The position numbers and the translations under genes are program-made. A stretch of DNA of 64,000 nucleotides from an uncultured SAR86 cluster bacterium (lineage in GTDB: Bacteria; Pseudomonadota; Gammaproteobacteria; Magnimaribacterales; AG-339-G14). Location of the stretch: assembly GCA_902514645.1 (NCBI GenBank), contig CABXRO010000001.1, positions 23,301 through 87,300 of the forward strand, in the 5' to 3' direction. The notes under the pieces were generated by a model that saw nothing but the letters and a program-made list of their open reading frames with translations, made no database searches and had not been told where the DNA came from. Position 1 is the stretch's first letter. Each line of letters begins with the position of its first letter. Below are positions 1 through 9,896 of this stretch, piece after piece.

Positions 1-92
1 TTAAAGGAATAACAATAAACCAATTGTCGATTAAAAATTCAATAAAATATGGCATAAGCGCGATATGATAAACGTAAAACTGGTTTGAAACT

Positions 93-710
93 ATGAATTC
101 AGAAGAAAATTTTTCTAACTTAGTTCTTGTAAGACATGGGCAGAGCGAATGGAATGCAAAAAATTTATTTACAGGCTGGAGAAATCCAAGTCTCACCGAT
201 AAAGGTATTGAAGAGGCCAAAACCACAGGGAAAAAAATAAAAGAACAAAACATTATTTTTGATATCCACTTTACCTCAGAACTTAAAAGAGCCCAGTTAA
301 CAGGAGATATAATTCTTTCTGAAATAAAACAAGAATCGTTAGAGACAGTTAAAAATATTGCTTTAAATGAAAGAGACTACGGTGAATTATCTGGACTCAA
401 TAAAGACGAATCCAGAGAAAAATGGGGAGAGGAACAGATTCACATTTGGAGAAGGTCTTTTGATCAGCCTCCGCCAGGAGGAGAAAGTTTAAAAGATACT
501 GCTAATAGAGTTATCCCGTATTTTGAGAAAGTTATAGAGCCCGTTCTTAATGAAAAGAAGAATGTTTTAGTGTGTGCTCATGGAAACTCTCTTAGAGCGC
601 TTGTAATGCATATAGAAAAAATATCACCTGAGGAGATAGTTAAAATAGAAATAGCTACGGGTGAACCCATTTTTTATAAATTCCAGAATAAAGAATTTAT
701 TAGAACTTAG
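93..710 (+). CDS. gpmA: 2,3-bisphosphoglycerate-dependent phosphoglycerate mutase (short 205-aa form)
   Basis: N-terminal [10 protein letters not shown] phosphohistidine motif and [10 protein letters not shown] motif of the histidine-phosphatase/dPGM family. ATG start. Confidence 0.9.
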   Translation: MNSEENFSNLVLVRHGQSEWNAKNLFTGWRNPSLTDKGIEEAKTTGKKIKEQNIIFDIHFTSELKRAQLTGDIILSEIKQESLETVKNIALNERDYGELSGLNKDESREKWGEEQIHIWRRSFDQPPPGGESLKDTANRVIPYFEKVIEPVLNEKKNVLVCAHGNSLRALVMHIEKISPEEIVKIEIATGEPIFYKFQNKEFIRT

Positions 711-1465
711 AGTCTTACTTCAAAACCTTCAATCTGGAGGGCTTGTTTAACTTTTTTAATCGAAATTTCCTCGTAATGAAAAATACTGGCTGCAAGTAAA
801 GCATCAGCTTTTCCAACCTTTACAGCATCAACTAAATGAGAAAGCTCTCCAGCTCCTCCAGATGCAATAACAGGAATCGATAAATTGTTTGAAAGCTCCA
901 TATACAAGTTGTTATCAAAACCACTTTTGGTTCCATCTTTATCCATAGAAGTCATGAGGATTTCTCCTGCGCCTAAATCCTGACCTTTTTTTGCCCACTC
1001 AATTGCGTCTAATTCGGTTTTGTTTTTTCCGCCATGAGTATAGACGTTCCAGATTTCCCCGTCCTGTTTAGCGTCTATAGCTAAAACGATACATTGAGCG
1101 CCATACTCTTTGGACGCCTCTTCTATAAGTTCAGGGTTTAAAATAGCACTTGTATTGATAGATACTTTATCAGCACCTGATTTAAGAAGCATATCAATAT
1201 CTTTAAGAGATTTTATTCCACCTCCAACAGTAAACGGAATGAAGACTTGTGAGGCTATTGATTTAACAGTCTCAATTGTTGTGGATCGTTCTTCAAAAGA
1301 CGCGTCAATATCCAACATGCATATCTCATCAGCACCTTCAGCATCGTATCTTTTAGCAGCTTCTGCTGGATCTCCTGCGTCAACAATATCCTTAAAATTA
1401 ATACCCTTAACTACTCTTCCTCCTCTGACATCTAAACAAGGGATAATTCGAACTGCTAAACTCAT
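707..1465 (-). CDS. hisF: Imidazole glycerol phosphate synthase, cyclase subunit
   Basis: Full-length HisF-like (beta/alpha)8 sequence (RIIPCLDV..., [15 protein letters not shown]). Last gene of the hisB-H-A-F run. Confidence 0.95.
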   Translation of the reverse strand: MSLAVRIIPCLDVRGGRVVKGINFKDIVDAGDPAEAAKRYDAEGADEICMLDIDASFEERSTTIETVKSIASQVFIPFTVGGGIKSLKDIDMLLKSGADKVSINTSAILNPELIEEASKEYGAQCIVLAIDAKQDGEIWNVYTHGGKNKTELDAIEWAKKGQDLGAGEILMTSMDKDGTKSGFDNNLYMELSNNLSIPVIASGGAGELSHLVDAVKVGKADALLAASIFHYEEISIKKVKQALQIEGFEVRL

Positions 1466-1468
1466 TTT

Positions 1469-2185
1469 TTAAAACATCTCTAAGGCTTCTTTGAAGTTTA
1501 TTTTATCCTCATAAAGCGAAACACCACAGATAGCTCCGATAACATTTGAAATTTTTGAAAGATTTATTAAATCGTTGATATCTTTTACTCCTCCCGAAGC
1601 TATTACAGGAAAAGGAGATAATTTTGCAACTTCAGATGTTTCTTCTAAATTTGGCCCAGAAAGCATACCGTCTTTGTTGATGTCAGTATAAATAATTGAT
1701 TTGATAGGAAGCTCTTTATAAGAACTGATTAAGTCCGAGGCTGATAATTTTGAAGCCTCTGTCCATGCTTCTGAAGCTAGAAAACCATTCATTGCATCGA
1801 TACCCAAAATAATTTTTTCTGGGAAGGCCATACAAGCTTTCGTGAATAATTCTTTATCCTTTATAGCAATGCTTCCTAGAATTACGTTATCTACGCCAGA
1901 TTCGAAGATTAAATCTAGGGTTTCAAGATCTCTTACCCCTCCTCCCAGCTGAAGATTTACGTCTGGAAATTTTTCTTTAATCTTTAATACATATTCTAAG
2001 TTTTCAGGTTTTCCTGACTTGGCGCCATCTAAATCAACTAAATGAAGTTTTTTTGTTCCTTCTTTTATCCAATGAGCTGCTGCATCTATGGGCTTTTCAA
2101 AATAAATTTTAGTTGAGGATAGGTCTCCTTTTTGCAACCGAACACATTTTCCACTTTGGATATCAATTGCTGGAATTGGTAACAT
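1469..2185 (-). CDS. hisA: ProFAR isomerase
   Basis: MLPIPAIDIQSGKCVRL N-terminus, LHLVDLDGA and GGGVR motifs typical of HisA. Lies between hisH and hisF. Confidence 0.93.
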   Translation of the reverse strand: MLPIPAIDIQSGKCVRLQKGDLSSTKIYFEKPIDAAAHWIKEGTKKLHLVDLDGAKSGKPENLEYVLKIKEKFPDVNLQLGGGVRDLETLDLIFESGVDNVILGSIAIKDKELFTKACMAFPEKIILGIDAMNGFLASEAWTEASKLSASDLISSYKELPIKSIIYTDINKDGMLSGPNLEETSEVAKLSPFPVIASGGVKDINDLINLSKISNVIGAICGVSLYEDKINFKEALEMF

Positions 2186-2794
2186 TTAAATTTTCCAATT
2201 GATAAAATTTTCTAAAAATTTGAGACCTATTTCTCCACTTTTTTCCGGGTGAAATTGAGTAGCAAAAATGTTTTCAGTAGCTAACGAAGAAACAAACTCT
2301 TCTCCATAATATGTAGTAGTGATGCTGGTTTCTGTATTTGAAGCCACAAAAGAATGAACAAAATAAAAAAACTGATTATCTTCTATTCCTGAAAATAATT
2401 TGTGTTGTTTTTCAATCTTTACGTTATTCCAGCCCATGTGAGGAATTTTTAGATTTTCTTTATTTATATCTTTTATTTTAGTGATGCATCCATTTATTAA
2501 ACCTAAACCCTTCTCTTTGCTTTCTTCGCTTGAATTAAAGAGAATTTGCAGACCTAAACAAATTCCTAGAAAGGGTTTAGATTTTATTGATTCTAATAAA
2601 GGATTGATCATTTCCGTTTCTTTTAGTTTTTTTACACAAGAGCCCATTGAACCTTGCCCTGGGAAAACAAGCTTGTCGATATTTTTAAATTTATCGGGAG
2701 TATCGACTATTGAAACTTTTGAACCAAGTGATTGAAGAGCTCTAGCTACTGAATGGATGTTACTGGCTCCGTAATCAATTACTCCTAGGCGCAT
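2186..2794 (-). CDS. hisH: Imidazole glycerol phosphate synthase, glutaminase subunit
   Basis: Class-I GATase with nucleophile Cys in LGICLGLQ and FHPEKS near the C-terminus. I moved the start to the internal Met (MRLGVIDYG), which removes a 32-nt overlap with hisB. Confidence 0.92.
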   Translation of the reverse strand: MRLGVIDYGASNIHSVARALQSLGSKVSIVDTPDKFKNIDKLVFPGQGSMGSCVKKLKETEMINPLLESIKSKPFLGICLGLQILFNSSEESKEKGLGLINGCITKIKDINKENLKIPHMGWNNVKIEKQHKLFSGIEDNQFFYFVHSFVASNTETSITTTYYGEEFVSSLATENIFATQFHPEKSGEIGLKFLENFINWKI

Positions 2795-2798
2795 TAAT

Positions 2799-3386
2799 TT
2801 ATAGCAAACCTTTAGTGGAAGGGAGAACATCTCCTTTAGAAGGATCTACCATACATGCGGTCTTGAGAGCTAAGGCAAATGCTTTAAAAATAGTTTCTGC
2901 TTGGTGATGTGCATTTTCACCTTTGAGGTTATCAATATGGACAGTTGCAAGTGCCTTGTTAACAAATCCATGGAAAAATTCTTTTAATAAACTTAGATCG
3001 AAATCATTTATAGATTCTTTGGTGAATTTTACATCCCAATTTAAACCTGGCCTTCCTGAGAAATCTACTACTACTCTAGATAAAGCTTCATCCAAAGGAG
3101 CATAAGCAGAGCCAAATCTATAAATTCCTTTTTTATCGCCAAGTGCTTTATTGAAAGCTTCGCCCAAACTAATTCCTACATCTTCGACTGTGTGGTGAGC
3201 ATCTATTTCTAAGTCCCCTTTTGCGTCCAACGCAATATCAAACCCACCGTGTTTGGAGAGTTGATCTAACATATGTTCAAAAAAAGGCAGGTCAGCTTTT
3301 AAATTACTTTCGCCCTTACCATCTAGTTCCAAAGATACTTTTATTTGGGTCTCTTTTGTATTTCGTTCTAGTTCAGCATTACGCAT
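2799..3386 (-). CDS. hisB: Imidazoleglycerol-phosphate dehydratase (monofunctional)
   Basis: [10 protein letters not shown] start and paired metal-binding His motifs ([16 protein letters not shown]) of the IGPD family. Confidence 0.93.
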   Translation of the reverse strand: MRNAELERNTKETQIKVSLELDGKGESNLKADLPFFEHMLDQLSKHGGFDIALDAKGDLEIDAHHTVEDVGISLGEAFNKALGDKKGIYRFGSAYAPLDEALSRVVVDFSGRPGLNWDVKFTKESINDFDLSLLKEFFHGFVNKALATVHIDNLKGENAHHQAETIFKAFALALKTACMVDPSKGDVLPSTKGLL

Positions 3387-3443
3387 TTTTATCCTCTTTT
3401 AAAAAACACATTATAACGGACAGAAATAAGTAAAATAATAAAC

Positions 3444-4457
3444 ATGACTCAATTTTCTAAAAAAATAATTGATTGGCAGAAGCAAAAAGGAAGAAATAAT
3501 CTTCCATGGCAAATGAAGAGCGCTTACGAAGTATGGATTTCTGAAATTATGCTCCAGCAGACTCAAGTTGAAACCGTTATACCCTACTATCTGAAGTTTA
3601 TAAAAAAGTTTCCTGAAGTAAAAAAGTTGGCAAATAGTCATGAAGAAGTAGTCATGAGTTTGTGGAGCGGTCTTGGCTATTACTCTAGAGCTAGAAATAT
3701 TCATAAAACAGCAAGAATTATTTTAAAAAAATATAGCGGAGAATTTCCCAGAGATTTTGATGATTTAATACAACTTCCAGGAATAGGTCCTTCTACAGCA
3801 GGCGCTATTTTGTCTTTAGCCTTTAACGAACCCGGAATAATTTTAGATGGTAATGTGAAGAGAGTTATTGCTAGATATAAAGGCATTAAAAATCCAATTA
3901 ATAACAGTCAGACACAGAAAGAAATAAAAAGTTTTGCTGAAACCTTCTTACCTAAAAATTCTTTCAGGAGGTATTCTCAAGGAATAATGGATTTGGGTTC
4001 AATTCTATGTAGACCAAAAAATCCATCTTGTAATTCATGTCCTGTTAACAAAAACTGTATAGCTTTGAAAGATGACCTTCAAGAAATAATTCCATACAAA
4101 GATCCATCTAAACCTAAAAAAGAAAAAAATATTAATTGGCTCTTAATATCTTCAAATAATAAAATTTTGCTCAGAAGAAACGAAAATAAAGGTATCTGGA
4201 AAAACTTATGGCTCTTTCCTGAAAAAGATGTATTAAGTAATGAGAATCTTCAATTGCTGGAAGAAAAAGAATCTTTACCTGATCTTATACATAATTTATC
4301 TCATCGAAGATTAAATATCTCTACAAAAAAATTCTCGATTAAAAATAAAGACAGATTAAAAATTGATAGATCTCATTCTGTTTGGGTAAGCAAATCCGAT
4401 TCAGTTAAAATGGGAATGCCAAAACCTATTAAAGAAATTATTAATAATTACTTATGA
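3444..4457 (+). CDS. mutY: A/G-specific adenine DNA glycosylase
   Basis: HhH-GPD motif LPGIGPSTAGAI, 4Fe-4S cluster loop C-x6-C-x2-C-x5-C (CRPKNPSCNSCPVNKNC) and a C-terminal MutT-like domain. Confidence 0.93.
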   Translation: MTQFSKKIIDWQKQKGRNNLPWQMKSAYEVWISEIMLQQTQVETVIPYYLKFIKKFPEVKKLANSHEEVVMSLWSGLGYYSRARNIHKTARIILKKYSGEFPRDFDDLIQLPGIGPSTAGAILSLAFNEPGIILDGNVKRVIARYKGIKNPINNSQTQKEIKSFAETFLPKNSFRRYSQGIMDLGSILCRPKNPSCNSCPVNKNCIALKDDLQEIIPYKDPSKPKKEKNINWLLISSNNKILLRRNENKGIWKNLWLFPEKDVLSNENLQLLEEKESLPDLIHNLSHRRLNISTKKFSIKNKDRLKIDRSHSVWVSKSDSVKMGMPKPIKEIINNYL

Positions 4458-4723
4458 AAACTGTTTTTTGTAGAAAATATAAAAAAGACCTTCCTAAAAT
4501 GGATAGAGCTCCTTTTCCAGGAGAAAAAGGAGAGGAACTTTTATCTAACGTTTCAAAACAAGCTTGGATGGAATGGCTACAGCATCAAACAATGCTAGTG
4601 AACGAAAAGCAGTTAGATTTATCAAAAAAAGAGTCCAGAGACTACCTCAGTCAGCAGCTCGAAAACTTTTTAAATAACGAATCATTTGATAAAGCTGATG
4701 GTTTTGTCCCTTTAGATAAATAA
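4454..4723 (+). CDS. yggX: Fe(2+)-trafficking / oxidative-damage protection protein YggX
   Basis: 89 aa. MKTVFCRKY...LPKMDRAPFPGEKGEEL...WMEWLQHQTMLVNE matches the YggX family. ATGA overlap with mutY, the conserved gene partner. Confidence 0.9.
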   Translation: MKTVFCRKYKKDLPKMDRAPFPGEKGEELLSNVSKQAWMEWLQHQTMLVNEKQLDLSKKESRDYLSQQLENFLNNESFDKADGFVPLDK

Positions 4724-4767
4724 CTTTATTAGCTAGCTAAATATCTATAGAATTTGATTTTCCTTTT

Positions 4768-4843
4768 GCCCAGATAGCTCAGTCGGTAGAGCAAAGGACT
4801 GAAAATCCTTGTGTCGGTGGTTCGATTCCACCTCTGGGCACCA
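4768..4843 (+). tRNA. tRNA-Phe (anticodon GAA), CCA encoded
   Basis: I folded a 76-nt cloverleaf by hand: acceptor gcccaga/tctgggc, D arm gctc/gagc, anticodon stem aagga/tcctt with loop ctGAAaa, T arm ggtgg-ttcgatt-ccacc, then A-CCA. Confidence 0.95.
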
Positions 4844-4858
4844 CCATAAAATAGTACT

Positions 4859-5236
4859 TCAAGCTTTTGCTTTGAGAAAATAAAAAGTAATCCCTGCAGC
4901 AATAAACTCAAAAATCATAAAGAATATAAAGACCGTATCTGGCATTCCATCTAAAATTAAACTGAGTGCTCTTCCAAGGCCAATCCCTAGCATAAAGACA
5001 AACATGCACCATAAAGCGGGGACCGTTAGACTTTTGTTAAAAGCTCCAGAAATCCATAAAAGCACACAGCCAGTATAAAGGCCCATTACAGCTCTAAAGA
5101 TATTGGACAAGTTATTATCTGCTACTTCAATTCCATAAAGAACTGGTAGAAACTCTTTTGGATTTAATCCATATCCTAAGGCAGCTGGAAATACTCCGAT
5201 AGATATAAATAATAAAAAATATGATTCTCTAGTCAT
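4859..5236 (-). CDS. Small four-TM membrane protein (DUF4345-like)
   Basis: A 125-aa hydrophobic ORF with about 4 predicted TM helices. The family assignment is from memory only. Confidence 0.6.
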   Translation of the reverse strand: MTRESYFLLFISIGVFPAALGYGLNPKEFLPVLYGIEVADNNLSNIFRAVMGLYTGCVLLWISGAFNKSLTVPALWCMFVFMLGIGLGRALSLILDGMPDTVFIFFMIFEFIAAGITFYFLKAKA

Positions 5237-5335
5237 GATTACCTTTTACGTTGAATTTTAAAAAATAAGTTTAATTACCAAATTTATAATAAAACTTTTC
5301 TGCAATGTGTGCGCGTCCTTGTGTAATATTTGTCT

Positions 5336-6562
5336 ATGTCTGAAAAATTACTTTTGGAAGGGTTAAAAGTTATTGATGCGGGTAGTTTTATCGCAGGGCC
5401 GGTATCTACCACAATTCTTTCTGATTTTGGTGCAGAAGTTATCAAGATTGAACCGCCAAAAGTTGGTGATAGCTTAAGACATTTAATTACTCGAACAAAA
5501 AGAGTAAATCCTGTTTCTGATAAGGACTACTGTTGGCATTTAACCTCAAGAAACAAAAAAAGTTTAGCCTTAAATCTTGGAGACCCAAAAGGACAAAAAA
5601 TTTTGCAGGAATTCGTAAAGGTTTCTGATGTATTTGTAACCAATATGCCTCAAAGAATAAGAGATAAATTGAAAATTAATGCCTCAGATTTACTCCCTTT
5701 GAACGAGAGACTTATTTACGGATCTTTGACAGGCTATGGTGAAGATGGTCCAGACTCGCACAGAACTGCTTTTGATACGATGGCTTGGTGGGCAAGAAGT
5801 GGTTTGATGGACATCGTAAGACCGTCAGATAATTCTACTCCAGGGATGCCACCCATAGGTATGGGAGATCAGCCTACCGGAGTATCTTTATTTGCAAGCA
5901 TTATGACGGCTCTTTATAGAAGAGAAAAAACAGGCAAAGGTGGAGAGGTAAATACTTCTTTAATGGCAAATGGAGCGTGGTCAAATGGTTCATTCATTCA
6001 AGCAGCACTTTTTGATGCTGATTTTCCAGAGAAAAAGACTGAAGTTTCTCCTCATCCTTTTGGCGGAAGATATGAAACTAAAGATAGCAGATATCTTTTA
6101 CTGGCAATCATTGATGCGGCTAAAGAATGGCCAAAATTATTAAAAGCTCTCGATATAGAATATTTTAATGGTGATGAAAGATTTTCAACCTTTCAAAAAA
6201 TGAACGAAAATCATCAAGAACTTTATGAGGAACTTAAAAAAATCTTAAAGCAATATGATTTGAATGAAATAGTTGAAAAATTAAGATTCTCTGAAGTTAC
6301 TTTTGGAGTTCTTAGTAAGTCTACGGATCATAAAAAAGATGACCAGTTTCTCAAGAGTGAGGTATTGGTTAATTTTTCAAAGGACAGTTTTGAAACGGAA
6401 AACTTAACCGTTAATAGTCCAGTATTTCTTAAAGATGAACCCAAAAAAATACCCTCCAGAGGTCCCGACTTAGGAGAACATTCCATAGAAATTCTATCTG
6501 GCATTGGTATAGATTCAAAAGAACTCGACAAACTCAAAGAGGACGGGATTATAGATTTTTAG
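5336..6562 (+). CDS. Family III CoA-transferase (CaiB/BaiF type)
   Basis: LEGLKVIDAGSFIAGPVSTTILSDFGAEVIKIEPP N-terminal signature and the MGDQ loop of family III CoA-transferases. ATG at 5336; a TTG two codons upstream (5330) is also possible. Confidence 0.85.
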   Translation: MSEKLLLEGLKVIDAGSFIAGPVSTTILSDFGAEVIKIEPPKVGDSLRHLITRTKRVNPVSDKDYCWHLTSRNKKSLALNLGDPKGQKILQEFVKVSDVFVTNMPQRIRDKLKINASDLLPLNERLIYGSLTGYGEDGPDSHRTAFDTMAWWARSGLMDIVRPSDNSTPGMPPIGMGDQPTGVSLFASIMTALYRREKTGKGGEVNTSLMANGAWSNGSFIQAALFDADFPEKKTEVSPHPFGGRYETKDSRYLLLAIIDAAKEWPKLLKALDIEYFNGDERFSTFQKMNENHQELYEELKKILKQYDLNEIVEKLRFSEVTFGVLSKSTDHKKDDQFLKSEVLVNFSKDSFETENLTVNSPVFLKDEPKKIPSRGPDLGEHSIEILSGIGIDSKELDKLKEDGIIDF

Positions 6563-6620
6563 AAACTAGAGGGAAAATTTATAAAAAAACTAGAATATAA
6601 TATTCAAAATAGGGGAAATC

Positions 6621-7148
6621 ATGAGAACAATAGAAAATCTATTAGAGGGCTTAATTTATGCTAGCAGATGGCTTTTAGCGCCCATTTATATGATTCTGTG
6701 TCTTTGCTTGGCACTGATCGCCATAACTACAATTCAACACTTCATTCAATATGCTCCAGGTTTAATGAGCATGAAGTTAAAAGAAGTGCTTTTATTTGTT
6801 CTGCAAGTAGTGGATCTAGCTTTGATCGCAAACCTTGTTGTGATGATTATTTTTTCTGGTTACGAAAACTTTATATCTAAAATTGATGTAGCAAAGGATG
6901 ACAGAGACAGGCCGGATTGGATGGGTTCAGTGGATTTTAGTGATCTAAAAATTAAACTGGTTGCCTCAATTTTAGCCATATCTGGTATTGGGCTACTTGA
7001 AACGTTTCTTAAAATAGCTGGTTCGGGCGATGTTGCAGTGAGCGAAGTTGAGATTAAATGGATGGTTATAATTCATATCATCTTCATAATCTCTGGATTG
7101 CTTTTAGCGATGATGGATTATGTAGCTCATCGAAGCAATAAACATTAA
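6621..7148 (+). CDS. yqhA: UPF0114 (YqhA-family) inner-membrane protein
   Basis: The N-terminus ...LIYASRWLLAPIYMIL and overall topology resemble YqhA/UPF0114. Confidence 0.75.
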   Translation: MRTIENLLEGLIYASRWLLAPIYMILCLCLALIAITTIQHFIQYAPGLMSMKLKEVLLFVLQVVDLALIANLVVMIIFSGYENFISKIDVAKDDRDRPDWMGSVDFSDLKIKLVASILAISGIGLLETFLKIAGSGDVAVSEVEIKWMVIIHIIFIISGLLLAMMDYVAHRSNKH

Positions 7149-7151
7149 ATT

Positions 7152-7787
7152 TCAAAAATATCTTTTAGCTAAAAGCCAAAACAAGAAAGGTATTACCGCA
7201 ATACCTATGAATGCTATTGAGGCTGATTGACTATTAAGAGCTGCTGTTCCTATAAAGGCGTAAACTAGTGAAATCAATAAATTACTAACAATCATTACGA
7301 TTAGAAAAATACTCCATTTCATACCAGCTAAACCTGCAGCTACAGTTGAAATTTCCGCTAGAGCTGGAGCTGGTCTTGCAATCAATAAAATACTAACGCC
7401 AAATTTTTTTGCCACTTTTTCTGATCTTTCTAAATCTTCTTGACTGAGTATTTTTTTCGCCAAAGGCTTTGCTGCATACTTTCCTATAGCAAACCCAATT
7501 ATCGAACCCAAAGTCAGCCCTATCCAAATAATAGGTATGGATAAATAAAATCCTAAAATGGCTCCTGCAAAAGTATTGGTAACGCCATTTGGAATTGGAA
7601 GAAAAACATCTGCTGCCAATGCAAAAATGACCACAATGGAGTTTAAAAATCGATTGTTTCCACTCCATTCAATAAATTGATCTGTTAAATCAGCTATCGA
7701 TGATTCAAGTAATGACAAGGGTAATATAATTGAAGTCAAAACAATTACGATAAAACCCAGAAGTTTTAAGAGATTATAGATATTCAT
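7152..7787 (-). CDS. DedA / TVP38-TMEM64 (SNARE-associated) family membrane protein
   Basis: A 211-aa polytopic membrane protein with the DedA-like core (LPIPNGVTNTFAGAILG). Confidence 0.7.
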   Translation of the reverse strand: MNIYNLLKLLGFIVIVLTSIILPLSLLESSIADLTDQFIEWSGNNRFLNSIVVIFALAADVFLPIPNGVTNTFAGAILGFYLSIPIIWIGLTLGSIIGFAIGKYAAKPLAKKILSQEDLERSEKVAKKFGVSILLIARPAPALAEISTVAAGLAGMKWSIFLIVMIVSNLLISLVYAFIGTAALNSQSASIAFIGIAVIPFLFWLLAKRYF

Positions 7788-7857
7788 TAATTTTTACATT
7801 TTATATGTTTGTTCTTTGGTAAAAAATTTAAATTAAGATTTTTGAGAATGTTAAGAT

Positions 7858-9858
7858 ATGGCAGTTATACTGTCATTTCTGATGTTTAGAAATTTATTAT
7901 TTTTCTTATTTGCAATTACGTTTTTTTCATCTTGTTCTGAATTTGAGAGAAAAACAGAAAAAGAATTAGCTCAAGAAAAATTTGGAAATATCCCTTTAGT
8001 CGAATACAAGCCTGGTCCCAATCCAGATAAAAATGCTTATTTTGGTGACTTACATGTTCATACAGAGAATTCTTTTGATGCCTATACTTTTGGAACTACC
8101 GCTTCTCCCGCTGATGCTTATAAATACGCTAAAGGTGAAGCAATAAAACACCCTACTGGTTATCACATACAGTTATCAAGGCCTTTGGATTTTTATGCAG
8201 TTACCGATCATGGAGTATTTCTAGGTGTGATTAAAGAAGCTGCTGATCCAGATAGTGAAATTGGACAATATGAAATTACCAAGCCTCTACATAATATGAA
8301 TGAAAAAGTAAGTAATGGTTTTTTCTCCATCATTAGAAGAGCAGGAACGTTTAGACCATTTGCCCAAGAATTAGCAAATAGTATTCAAGATGGAGCTGTA
8401 GATATTAAGATTTTAGAGAACGTTAGCAATGATACTTGGCTCAAAACGATTGAAGCTGCAGATCAAGCCTACGTTCCGGGTACTTTCACAACCTTTGCTG
8501 CCTATGAATATTCATCTTCGGTTGAGATTTACGATAATTATTTGCACAGAAATGTAATTTTTAAAGACACAAAAAATTTACCCAAAAGAATTTTTACACG
8601 GGGTGACAGTTTAAATCCGGAAGACCTTTGGAAATGGATGGATGGACTAAGACTTAAGGGTATAGAAAGCTTGGCAATTCCTCATAATTCGAATATTTCG
8701 GCAGGTGCTGCTTTTAAGATGACTTACTATGACGGCAAACCCATAGATGAAGCATACGCTTTACAAAGAATAAGAAACGAGCCTTTGGTTGAGGTTACTC
8801 AAGCAAAAGGTTCTTCAGAAACACATCCTTTGCTGTCAAAAAATGATGAATGGGCAGCATTTGAAATACCAGTAGAAAAGCAAGCTAAAGTCTTAGAAAA
8901 TGCCAAGGGAAGTTATGTCCGAAATGCTTACTTAAGAGGACTGACTTTAGCTGAACAGGGTTTAACAAATCCTTATAAATTTGGCCTTGCAGGGGCAAGT
9001 GACACTCACGTTGCTGGAGGTTCCTATAGCGAGGAAACTTTTTTTTCAAAAATTGGTTTGCTAGACGGGACTCCAGAACTAAGAGGTTCAATACCTTTCA
9101 ATTGGGCTATAGCTAAAGCTGCAAAAATCTTTAGACCAGAATCTTTCGCCGAAATTAATGGTAAAGATTATATGGCTGTATCAGACAGGCTGATAGGCTT
9201 TTCAGCCTCAGGCCTTACTGGAGTTTGGGCGAAAGAAAATACTCGCGAGGATATTTATGATTCTTTCAGAAGAAAAGAAACCTTTGCTACCAGTGGTCCA
9301 AGAATAAAAGTACGTTTTTTTTCAGGGTATGGTTTTGGAGATGCCAAAATTAATGACTTAGATCTTATTAAAAAAGCCTATGAAGGAAATTTATCTATTG
9401 GTTCCACCATTAGTATAGAAAAAGAGAAGGAACCAAAATTTTTGGTATGGGCTTTTGCAGACCCGTTGGGTGTGCCGCTTCAAAGAATTCAAATTATTAA
9501 AGGTTGGTTAGAAAATGGAGAACACCAAGAAAGGGTATATGACGTTATGTGTTCAGATGGATTAGTTGTCAATTCATCCACACATCGTTGTCCTGATAAT
9601 GGAGCTAAAGTTGATATTGAAAACTGCTCTGTAAGTAAAAATTCTGGAGCCTCAGAATTGAAAACTTTTTGGCAAGACCCTAATTTCTTGATGAATCAAA
9701 GAGCTTTTTATTACGCAAGGGTTTTAGAAAATCCAGTTTGTAGATGGTCGACTTGGGATTCTATTCGTGCAGGAGTTGAGCCAAGATCTGATATTCCACC
9801 AACAATTCAAGAAAGGGCTTGGACTTCACCAATTTGGTTTGAACCAACCAGTTCTTGA
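7858..9858 (+). CDS. DUF3604-family exported protein (probable lipoprotein; PHP-like metal-binding N-terminus)
   Basis: 666 aa. Signal peptide ending FFSSC, GDLHVHTENSFDAY motif, ...AVTDH..., and the size and C-terminal CRWSTWD...AWTSPIWF typical of DUF3604. Confidence 0.75.
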   Translation: MAVILSFLMFRNLLFFLFAITFFSSCSEFERKTEKELAQEKFGNIPLVEYKPGPNPDKNAYFGDLHVHTENSFDAYTFGTTASPADAYKYAKGEAIKHPTGYHIQLSRPLDFYAVTDHGVFLGVIKEAADPDSEIGQYEITKPLHNMNEKVSNGFFSIIRRAGTFRPFAQELANSIQDGAVDIKILENVSNDTWLKTIEAADQAYVPGTFTTFAAYEYSSSVEIYDNYLHRNVIFKDTKNLPKRIFTRGDSLNPEDLWKWMDGLRLKGIESLAIPHNSNISAGAAFKMTYYDGKPIDEAYALQRIRNEPLVEVTQAKGSSETHPLLSKNDEWAAFEIPVEKQAKVLENAKGSYVRNAYLRGLTLAEQGLTNPYKFGLAGASDTHVAGGSYSEETFFSKIGLLDGTPELRGSIPFNWAIAKAAKIFRPESFAEINGKDYMAVSDRLIGFSASGLTGVWAKENTREDIYDSFRRKETFATSGPRIKVRFFSGYGFGDAKINDLDLIKKAYEGNLSIGSTISIEKEKEPKFLVWAFADPLGVPLQRIQIIKGWLENGEHQERVYDVMCSDGLVVNSSTHRCPDNGAKVDIENCSVSKNSGASELKTFWQDPNFLMNQRAFYYARVLENPVCRWSTWDSIRAGVEPRSDIPPTIQERAWTSPIWFEPTSS

Positions 9859-9896
9859 AATATTTGTTTTCGTGATAGAGAATTTATTAGTATTTT

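Noticed and set aside
1110-1472. A 120-aa plus-strand ORF inside hisF.
   Set aside because: It is antisense to a confidently identified gene and its sequence is Ser/Ile/Leu-rich and low-complexity, so I treat it as a shadow ORF. The same reasoning applies to 2481-2735, 2923-3105, 3221-3433, 3701-3886, 6328-6537, 6668-6880, 7393-7668, 8885-9091 and 10339-10569.
3411-3704. A 97-aa minus-strand ORF spanning the hisB-mutY spacer and the mutY 5' end.
   Set aside because: It overlaps the conserved mutY N-terminus, and its product is aromatic-rich with no family resemblance.
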